This document shows positions 36,312-43,323 of a stretch of DNA of 43,323 bases, piece by piece. The notes under the pieces were generated by a model, which searched no databases, was not told the origin of the DNA, and saw only the letters and a program-made list of their open reading frames with translations. A program made the translations under genes and the position numbers. This DNA is from Acetatifactor sp. (lineage in GTDB: Bacteria > Bacillota > Clostridia > Lachnospirales > Lachnospiraceae), in contig JAIEKC010000635.1 in the NCBI GenBank assembly GCA_029064505.1, forward strand, positions 1 through 43,323. The letters are read 5' to 3'. The stretch's first letter is position 1, and every line of letters begins with the position of its first letter.

Positions 36312-38090
36312 TTAAAGCGTCTGCTCACAATAGTACCAGGAACTCTGCGCCATATACATATCCTGATACAATCCGCCCTTTTTCATCAGCTCTTCATGGT
36401 TTCCTTCCTGCACGATCCTTCCCCCGTCCAACACCATGATCCGATCCGCCATTCTGGCGGAAGCCAGGCGGTGAGAGATCATAATGGTTCCCCGCTCATG
36501 AAATATTTTCGCAAAATTCTCATACATCTGGCTTTCCGCAATGGGATCCAGAGCCGCCGTAGGCTCATCCAGGATTACATACCTCGCTTTAGAGACAAAG
36601 GCTCTGGCCATGGCCACCCGCTGCCACTGGCCCTTTGACAGATCCTGCCCGTCCTCAGCCAGCTTTCCCAGATTTCTGTCAAGCCCCTGCATATCCGCCA
36701 GTAATTCCTCTCCGTCCGCCAGCTTCAGGGCATGTATCAGCTCCGCGTCCTGATCCAGCCTGTCTATGCTGCCGAAAGCAATGTTTTCCCGCAAAGTCAT
36801 CTGATAACCCTGAAAATCCTGAAATACCACTGCCAGTACCTTTTGCCTGAGCTCTTCCGACAGGGACCGCACCGGAACGCCGCCCACCGTTACACGTCCC
36901 GCTGTCGGCTCATAGAGACCACAGAGCAGCTTGATAATGGTTGATTTCCCCGCACCATTCTCTCCCACGAAGGCGATACGCTCCCCGTCTTTGACATAAA
37001 AGGTCACATTCCGCAATATCTTCTGGTTCGTGCCGGGATATTGAAAGCTGACATTCTCAAAGGCAATATCATAATTGCCCACGGATGTCACTTCACCCCG
37101 ATCTCCTCGGGGCTCCAGACGCAGAAATTCTATATAGAAATCCATCTCCATGGCAAACCGCAGCATCATGGACAAATGCCAGGCCGCATAATAAAGCTTA
37201 TCCCCAATAGAATTTGCCGCGCCGATGGCCGCCGTAAACTGTCCCAGAGTAATTCTCCCCTGAAAAAAACTGTAAGTCACAGTAAAGATAATAAAGACAA
37301 TGTATAACACCTGCAGAAGATTACTTGCAATATCCATAGTCAGAGACTTGCGTCCCTCACGCATGGTAATATCCGCCAGTTCGCCGCTGCTCTTATTCCA
37401 TTTATGAGTAAACAATTCCTCCGAGGAAAATAATTTCATCTCATACATGGCATGTTTGTTAGATAACAGCCCTTTCAGATCCGCCATCCGCCTTCTGGAA
37501 TCCGCGGACTGTCTGGTGATGAGCCGCCGCTTTCCCGCAGAAAAATATCCCAATATGCTGGTAGGGATACCGATCAGCAAAACCCCCACGCCCACCCATA
37601 CCGAGATGGAAAAGAAGACTGCCATGCTGAAGATCAGGGACATGGTTCCCTGGGCATTGATCATTGCCCTGTTAAAGCATTGGCCTACCATTTGCTGGGG
37701 CTCATCGGACATTCTCTGGAACACCTCCTGTATGCCCTTCTCCTCAAAGCTGGCATATTCCAGCTCTATAAGCTTGTTCGCTATGTCCGGCGCCATACGT
37801 TCGGTAAGCCGTGTCTGGATGACCGACTGCTCATACTGCGCCAGCTTCTGCAAGGACACCCACAATGTCAGCATAATGACCAGCAGCACACTCCACCGGA
37901 CTACAGGCTGCAGTTCCCCCTGGCCCTGGACCAGTGCCACACCGCTGTCCACAATGTTCTGCACCAACAGCATCTGCAGTCCCGTGAAAAATGCAGGCAC
38001 AAAATAACCAATGGTATACAGCACCGCATTGAGGGGTGCATAGTGAAAAACTGTTCGTATCGCATATGCACAGTTTTTTAATGTTTTCAT
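36312..38090 (-). CDS. ABC half-transporter (TMD+NBD), non-canonical signature
   Basis: GENGAGKS, LSKGQWQR, VILDEPT, ISHR; start MKTLKN after AAAGGAG. Confidence 0.93.
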   Translation of the reverse strand: MKTLKNCAYAIRTVFHYAPLNAVLYTIGYFVPAFFTGLQMLLVQNIVDSGVALVQGQGELQPVVRWSVLLVIMLTLWVSLQKLAQYEQSVIQTRLTERMAPDIANKLIELEYASFEEKGIQEVFQRMSDEPQQMVGQCFNRAMINAQGTMSLIFSMAVFFSISVWVGVGVLLIGIPTSILGYFSAGKRRLITRQSADSRRRMADLKGLLSNKHAMYEMKLFSSEELFTHKWNKSSGELADITMREGRKSLTMDIASNLLQVLYIVFIIFTVTYSFFQGRITLGQFTAAIGAANSIGDKLYYAAWHLSMMLRFAMEMDFYIEFLRLEPRGDRGEVTSVGNYDIAFENVSFQYPGTNQKILRNVTFYVKDGERIAFVGENGAGKSTIIKLLCGLYEPTAGRVTVGGVPVRSLSEELRQKVLAVVFQDFQGYQMTLRENIAFGSIDRLDQDAELIHALKLADGEELLADMQGLDRNLGKLAEDGQDLSKGQWQRVAMARAFVSKARYVILDEPTAALDPIAESQMYENFAKIFHERGTIMISHRLASARMADRIMVLDGGRIVQEGNHEELMKKGGLYQDMYMAQSSWYYCEQTL

Positions 38091-38240
38091 TCCCTGTTCT
38101 CCTTTCCGGCCGGATCCTTCCGACTGTCTCTCAGGATACCACAACCTGCGTTCTCACGCGGCTGACTGTAATAATTTACTGTCTGTTTGACATATTTTGC
38201 ATACCATTCTGCAGGGCACGGCACCAGTCCCTTTCATCCC

Positions 38241-38292
38241 ATTCTTTCCTTATATTCTTTCCTTATATTCTTTTCTTATATTTTTTCCTCAT
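38241..38292. repeat. Four tandem 13-bp units overlapping the kinase stop codon
   Basis: ATTCTTTCCTTAT x2, ATTCTTTTCTTAT, ATTTTTTCCTCAT. Confidence 0.85.
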
Positions 38293-39523
38293 ATGCGCTT
38301 TCCTCTGTTTTCAGTACTTTCCTTTGGCAATTCTGCTCCGCTTCCCTCTCCCCCGGCAGCCACACCGCCGCCGTAAACATCCCTTCACCGACATCCGTTA
38401 CCAGTTCACCGGCATAACGGTTCACCACCCGCTCCACACTGCGAAGACCAAGGCCGTGCCCCACCACGTTCTCCCGGTCACTTTTGAGGCTTATAAGCCG
38501 ATTTCCCTGCGCAATGTTTTCCTCTGCCATAGTGTTCCTGACGGAAAGATAAGTCTCCCCATCCCTCACCCGGCATGTAACCGTGATCTTCCTCCCTCTC
38601 TCTACCCGAAGACATGCTTCAATGGCGTTGTCCAGCAGATTTCCAAACAGGCTGCATATCTCGTCCGGTTTCAGCGGCAGTTCGGTAAGATCACACAATT
38701 CCGTCTCCACCGCTATGTTTTCCCGCTTTGCCCTGGACACCTTGTCCGCCAGCACCGCGTCCACGATCAGATTCCCGCTCTTTGCCGGCAGCGCGATCTG
38801 ATCCACTTCCTCTCCCAATACTCGGAGATAATCCCGCAGCTGTTCATATTTTTCTTCCTGCAGGAGAAGATGCAGCAGACTGATATGGTTTCTCAGGTCA
38901 TGCCACAATTCTCTGGTCCTCTGATAATTACTCTCAATGGTATAGAGATAGGTCTCTGTCTGCCTGCGTTCCTCCTGTCTCTTCCGTTCCTCCTGCCTGC
39001 CATGCTCCGACCGCCTGTATTTGTATACAGAGAGGTAGAATCCCAACAGTGTGGCAAACAGCAAAAGTGTCCGGATAAAATCCGCCACCAGGGGCCCGTC
39101 CGGCCCGGAGTCGGTGTTCCGCCCGCTCCATACCTCCCGCCCCGGAGATATCCCTGTAGCAGTCAGCACACACCAAAAAAAGACGGTACCTGCCACCGTC
39201 AGTTTGTCTATATAACTCATCCCTTTATCCACATTCATGTCCCCATTCCCGGCAGCTTCCCTGCTGACACCGCAGATCACAAGCAGAAGGATCCCTGTCA
39301 TGCTTTTGGACAGCGCAAGTCCCGCAAACCGCATCTGTCCCTGGAAATCGTCCCGGATGATCCCTTCCATAACCAGACCGAATAATCTGTCCAAAAAGCA
39401 CCCCGCCACCAGAAAACAGGACAACCCCAGAATTTTCCCGGTTCTGCCCTGCCTTCTCATACACCATAAATAGCTCCCTGCCAGAACCAGTGTGATCCCC
39501 AGATTCATACCGAATTCTTTCAT
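38276..39523 (-). CDS. Membrane sensor histidine kinase, GHKL (AgrC/VirS-like)
   Basis: TM N-terminus, RELWHDLRNH (H-box), FGNLLDNAIEA, VRN, HGLGLRSV; start may be GTG 39535. Confidence 0.92.
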   Translation of the reverse strand: MKEFGMNLGITLVLAGSYLWCMRRQGRTGKILGLSCFLVAGCFLDRLFGLVMEGIIRDDFQGQMRFAGLALSKSMTGILLLVICGVSREAAGNGDMNVDKGMSYIDKLTVAGTVFFWCVLTATGISPGREVWSGRNTDSGPDGPLVADFIRTLLLFATLLGFYLSVYKYRRSEHGRQEERKRQEERRQTETYLYTIESNYQRTRELWHDLRNHISLLHLLLQEEKYEQLRDYLRVLGEEVDQIALPAKSGNLIVDAVLADKVSRAKRENIAVETELCDLTELPLKPDEICSLFGNLLDNAIEACLRVERGRKITVTCRVRDGETYLSVRNTMAEENIAQGNRLISLKSDRENVVGHGLGLRSVERVVNRYAGELVTDVGEGMFTAAVWLPGEREAEQNCQRKVLKTEESAYEEKI

Positions 39524-39613
39524 AAATACCTTCACCCCTCATAACAGCTCAAGTCCCCCGCAGCTCCTCCGTGCTGCAGTTCACTGCCCGCAAATATATA
39601 TCTGCCTCCGACG

Positions 39614-40384
39614 TCACCGGGCAAAGTGCAGTGTAAGCGCTCTCTTTACCGCCTTTCCATAAGAACGGCTTACAGCGACAATGCTTCCGTCCTCCATCAC
39701 GATCTGTCCTCCCGAGAGCTTTCTCACCCTGTCCATATGAATCAGGTAGCTCTTATGACAGCGCAGGAATCCTTTTCCGGCCAGTTCTTCTTCCACATCA
39801 TCCAGACTGCCATAGAACGTTTCCTCCCCCTGATCACATTTGATGCGCACAAGGCGTCTGTCACTCTCCAGATAAAGAATGTCCTGCAGTTTCACACGCA
39901 GTATTTCCTTATTTTTCCGATAAGAGAAAAAGTCCTCTCCCTCCAGTTCTTTCCTGATATCCAGGAGAACCTGCTCCAGATCCCTGTCTATCTGACTTTT
40001 GAGCAGATAGCGAAACGCCCTGACCTCATAACCCGTCTGCACATAGTCAATAAAGCCTGTGACATAGACGATCAGCCCTTTGTCTCCCCGTCTGCGAAGC
40101 TCCCTGGCCGTCCTGATCCCGTCGTCCGCCCCGCCTTCCGTCTCTATATCCAGAAAATATACATCCGCACTTTCATTTTTACACTCCCATGCCCCTCTTT
40201 GAAGGGCACTGACTTCCATATTTGAACGTTGGCTTCCATATTTGCCCACTGCTGCCAGCAGACTGCTTCCGTCCGCATACTCTGTAATTTCCACCTCATA
40301 ATTCCAGATGACCGCATGGTGCAGAATTCTTTCCCGCAGGATCTGACGGTACTCTGCTTCATCGTCACAGATTGCAATCTTCAT
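39614..40384 (-). CDS. LytTR-family response regulator
   Basis: MKIAICDD, FLDI, VTG, YLLK, DILYLES, FLRCHKSYLI, VSR. Confidence 0.94.
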   Translation of the reverse strand: MKIAICDDEAEYRQILRERILHHAVIWNYEVEITEYADGSSLLAAVGKYGSQRSNMEVSALQRGAWECKNESADVYFLDIETEGGADDGIRTARELRRRGDKGLIVYVTGFIDYVQTGYEVRAFRYLLKSQIDRDLEQVLLDIRKELEGEDFFSYRKNKEILRVKLQDILYLESDRRLVRIKCDQGEETFYGSLDDVEEELAGKGFLRCHKSYLIHMDRVRKLSGGQIVMEDGSIVAVSRSYGKAVKRALTLHFAR

Positions 40385-40467
40385 TATAATAACCATGCCT
40401 TTCTGCAGGCCTCAAATCTTATTCCTGTGCCTTCTACTATAGATTGACCGGATAGAATACTGGTTCT

Positions 40468-40496
40468 ATTATATAGAACCCGGTATATTTTCGCAA
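40468..40496 (-). promoter_or_regulatory. Sigma-A promoter of LytTR/kinase operon overlapped by a palindrome
   Basis: TTGCGA-N17-TATAAT on minus strand; GGTTCTAT-TAT-ATAGAACC at 40462-40480. Confidence 0.65.
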
Positions 40497-40585
40497 TAAT
40501 GCTTTTCGCAAGTCTCACACAAAATGCTCCCGTTATTTCATCCCCACTTTGTGTGAACTTTATGCAGTCTCCTTTTGTTCAGACC

Positions 40586-40614
40586 TTGTATCGTTTGTCA
40601 ATGACTGATATAAT
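40586..40614 (+). promoter_or_regulatory. Sigma-A promoter of nagB
   Basis: TTGTAT-N17-TATAAT with TGn extension. Confidence 0.7.
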
Positions 40615-40720
40615 GTCCGTAAGGGCTGAGTCACTCTTCCATTTCGGTTTTCTATTCAGGACTCGCCATAAAAGGTATCGCAATATCCAAACCGCTTAAG
40701 CGGAGAAACAGGAGGCAGAC

Positions 40721-41440
40721 ATGAAAATCTACAGAGCAAAAGATTACAATGACATGAGCCGAAAGGCCGCGAACATTATTTCCGCGCAGATCATTTTAAA
40801 ACCGGACTGTGTACTGGGACTTGCCACAGGCTCCACCCCTCTGGGCATATACCGGCAGCTTGCGGAATGGTGTGACAGGGGAGATCTGGATTTTTCACAG
40901 GTCACTACCGTAAATCTGGATGAGTACAAGGGGCTTTCACGGGAGAATCCCCAGAGTTATTACTACTTCATGAATGAAAATCTGTTCAATAAAGTAAATA
41001 TCGATAAAAACAGAACCTTCCTTCCGGATGGCATGGAAGCTGACAGCGAAAAAGCCTGTGAAGACTATAATAAAACCCTTGCTTCCGTGGGAAGAGCGGA
41101 CATACAGCTTCTGGGCCTTGGGCACAACGGACATATCGGCTTTAACGAACCGGACTCTTTCTTTGAAAAGGAAACCCACTGTGTCACACTGGCCGATCAG
41201 ACTATCAAGGCAAACCGGCGCTTCTTCGCATCGGAGGAAGAGGTTCCCCGTCAGGCGTATACCATGGGCATTAAGACGATCATGTCCGCACGCCAGGTAC
41301 TGGTGGTAGTCTCCGGAGAAGACAAAGCTGACATTGTCAAAAAGGCTTTCTTCGGCCCTGTCACACCACAGGTGCCTGCTTCCATCCTGCAGCTGCATAA
41401 CAATGTGATTCTCGTTGCCGACGAGGCGGCATTGTCGTAG
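40721..41440 (+). CDS. nagB: Glucosamine-6-phosphate deaminase
   Basis: LGLATGSTP, NLDEY, GLGHNGHIGFNEP, TMGIKTI, PASILQLH; RBS AGGAGG. Confidence 0.97.
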   Translation: MKIYRAKDYNDMSRKAANIISAQIILKPDCVLGLATGSTPLGIYRQLAEWCDRGDLDFSQVTTVNLDEYKGLSRENPQSYYYFMNENLFNKVNIDKNRTFLPDGMEADSEKACEDYNKTLASVGRADIQLLGLGHNGHIGFNEPDSFFEKETHCVTLADQTIKANRRFFASEEEVPRQAYTMGIKTIMSARQVLVVVSGEDKADIVKKAFFGPVTPQVPASILQLHNNVILVADEAALS

Positions 41441-41584
41441 GCATCTCCACAAATGCCGCATAAGGTCAGTCCTGCGACTGTCGGCTTCCGGCATATGCAT
41501 CAGGACATAACCGCCTTCGGCATGCGGAAGTTCAATTGAGTCATACCCGTATAAGCGGGGTATAATGCAGAAACGAGGTATATA

Positions 41585-42736
41585 ATGTCAAAAAAACATA
41601 AAATTATAAACGGCAGTGTATTCCAGGAGGAGGGTGCCTTTGTGCCCGCTACAGTCTATCTGTGTGATGACCGGATTGTATCGGAGGAGACTTATTTCGC
41701 ATCGGAGGCGCCTGAAACCCTGACGGATGCCGAAGGATGTTACGTTATTCCGGGACTGACCGACATTCATTTTCACGGCTGTATGGGATGCGACTGCTGC
41801 GACGGCACCGAGGAGGCATTCCGCGTCATTGCCGAATACGAACTTCACCAGGGAGTGACTTCCATCACCCCTGCCACCATGACCATGTCCGAGGAAGTAT
41901 TGACCGGGATCTGCCGGTCTGCAAAAGACTTTTCCTGCGCCGACGGTGCGGATTTCTGCGGTCTGTATATGGAGGGACCCTTTATCAGCCCTGCCAAAAA
42001 GGGCGCGCAAAACGATAAATATATCTGTCCTGCGGACACGGAGATGCTGAAACGGCTTCAGCAGGCTTCTGGTGGTCTGATCCGTACAGTGACCGTGGCC
42101 CCTGAGGCGGATGGCGCCATGGATTTCATTCGCGAGAACAGCGGCAGCATCAATATTTCCCTTGCCCACACTACCGCGGACTACGATACGGCAAAAGAAG
42201 CCCTTTCCTGCGGCGCATCCCAGCTGACGCACACCTATAATGCCATGATGCCTTTCAGCCACCGCGCTCCCGGCCCTGTCGGCGCCGCTGCCGACAGCAG
42301 CCATTGCATGGCGGAGCTGATCTGCGACGGTATACACATCCATCCCGCAGCGGTGCGTACTACTTTCAAAATATTCGGAGATGACAGGATCATCCTGATC
42401 AGCGACAGTATGCGTGCCGCAGGACTTAAGGACGGTGAATATGATCTGGGAGGACAGACGGTCACGGTAAAGGGTAATCTGGCCGTTTTAGCGGATGGAA
42501 CTCTCGCGGGCTCCGTGACAAATCTCATGGACTGCGTCCGCACTGCCGTTCGGGACATGGGCATCCCGCTTGCCAGCGCAGTGAAGTGCGCCGCAGTCAA
42601 TCCCGCAAAGGCTGTTGGCATTTATCACGACTACGGAAGCCTTACTCCCGGTAAATATGCCAACATAGTGCTTCTGGATCGGGATCTGGGGTTGAAGGCC
42701 GTCTTCCACCGCTCGAATATAGTAAATCCTGTATAA
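41585..42736 (+). CDS. nagA: N-acetylglucosamine-6-phosphate deacetylase
   Basis: PGLTDIHFHG, MEGPF, KKGAQ, VAPE, LAHT, THTYNAM, DGIH, ISD, LAGS, NPA. Confidence 0.96.
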   Translation: MSKKHKIINGSVFQEEGAFVPATVYLCDDRIVSEETYFASEAPETLTDAEGCYVIPGLTDIHFHGCMGCDCCDGTEEAFRVIAEYELHQGVTSITPATMTMSEEVLTGICRSAKDFSCADGADFCGLYMEGPFISPAKKGAQNDKYICPADTEMLKRLQQASGGLIRTVTVAPEADGAMDFIRENSGSINISLAHTTADYDTAKEALSCGASQLTHTYNAMMPFSHRAPGPVGAAADSSHCMAELICDGIHIHPAAVRTTFKIFGDDRIILISDSMRAAGLKDGEYDLGGQTVTVKGNLAVLADGTLAGSVTNLMDCVRTAVRDMGIPLASAVKCAAVNPAKAVGIYHDYGSLTPGKYANIVLLDRDLGLKAVFHRSNIVNPV

Positions 42737-42742
42737 AACAAT

Positions 42743-42814
42743 TGTAAATCCGTTCAGCCGGAGCGATGTATCCACACTTTTGGGGATCCATGCTCCGGCT
42801 GAACGTGATTTACA
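42743..42814. repeat. Long imperfect hairpin (REP-like) immediately after nagA
   Basis: TGTAAATC-CGTTCAGCCGGAGC ... GCTCCGGCTGAACG-T-GATTTACA. Confidence 0.8.
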
Positions 42815-42949
42815 GCTTATTGCGGATCAGAATACAGATTCTGAACAGATTATCAAATTATAAATTTTATCCCACAATTTCTTAAGAATCTTTATAAAAC
42901 CTTTAGCACATGGTCAAACTTTGGACATATTTTCCATGTATGATAAATA

Positions 42950-43108
42950 CATAAACAAAGGAGCTGTTGAGTTTTAACACATGGGTTAGGGTTCTGTCAG
43001 CTTCGCCTAAAAACAATCCTGATTTATCAGGTTCCTATAGATACTTTCAAACATAATTCCCCCTATCAAAAGTAAAAGCTCCGGTATGCACCGGAGTTTT
43101 TACTTTTT
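42950..43108 (+). ncRNA. Candidate small RNA (about 160 nt)
   Basis: -10-like TATGAT at 42939-42944, no credible ORF, CATAATTCCCCCT motif just before a strong terminator; boundaries approximate. Confidence 0.45.
43068..43108 (+). terminator. Strong intrinsic terminator (bidirectional shape)
   Basis: AAAAGTAAAAGCTCCGGT-ATGC-ACCGGAGTTTTTACTTTT. Confidence 0.88.
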
Positions 43109-43129
43109 GCCATGCACATGGCAGAATAT

Positions 43130-43323
43130 GACTTATCCTGACACTTTGTCCCCGGCTTTCAGCGGCTGTTGTGAACGGTTAACGATAAAAGAGCTGGTGT
43201 GCTGACACGTTCATTTTCAGCCAAATGACGCAGAATGAATTTTCAACCTGCAAGGCGGCTGAACGAGGCGATGCGGTGGCATCGTTGAGTGAGGCCACCA
43301 AAGAGCTAAAGCTCTTGGCAGAT
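43130..43323. repeat. Structured non-coding element, possibly a dispersed repeat/MITE, cut by the window end
   Basis: Nested hairpins CGATGC-GGTG-GCATCG and AAGAGC-TAAA-GCTCTT; GTGAACGGTTAAC and CTGAAC resemble the other repeat ends; no ORF. Confidence 0.4.

Noticed and set aside
38036-39385. 449-aa + strand ORF
   Set aside because: Antisense shadow of the histidine kinase; no recognisable domain
40615-40720. glmS ribozyme in the nagB leader
   Set aside because: Lacks the AGCGCC..GACGAGG core; leader is short
43007-43054. 15-codon minus-strand ORF MFESIYRNLINQDCF with AGGGGG
   Set aside because: SD spacing is only 4 nt and a bidirectional terminator lies immediately upstream; not hydrophobic like a type I toxin; the sRNA reading is preferred

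Overview
Gene-dense chromosomal window from a spore-forming Firmicute, most likely Lachnospiraceae/Clostridia. This is inferred from gene families, sigma-A promoters, GGAGG RBSs and CCA-less tRNAs. Contents in order: 3' end of a histidine-kinase-like gene, a GGDEF*-EAL protein, luxS, mtnN/pfs, an ECF-sigma/membrane protein/ABC operon, gtrA-family gene, an apparently 5'-truncated DUF4091/GH123-like hydrolase followed by a decayed IS110-like transposase fragment, 2-hydroxyacid dehydrogenase, GH43, TSCPD protein, murG, YwlG-like protein, polysaccharide deacetylase, aldehyde dehydrogenase, DegV, YtaF/MntP, a short-chain chromate transporter pair, GerA/SpoVAF, a radical SAM/SPASM protein, tRNA-Gly/Gly/Phe, two GT-C-type membrane glycosyltransferases, DUF3048 lipoprotein, HPr-like mini protein, HD hydrolase, Dabb, CmpB-like membrane protein, an AraC-HTH::GGDEF fusion, GNAT, two ABC half-transporters with a GHKL/LytTR pair, nagB-nagA, and a non-coding tail with palindromic repeats and a candidate sRNA. 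No CRISPR array, prophage or intact mobile element is visible. The best leads are the AraC::GGDEF fusion with an internal RBS/ATG, the candidate anti-Shine-Dalgarno sRNA, the truncated hydrolase plus IS110 scar, a dispersed GTAACAGTTCAG repeat, and a 13-bp inverted repeat around the TSCPD gene. All family calls come from motif recognition by eye, not from database searches.
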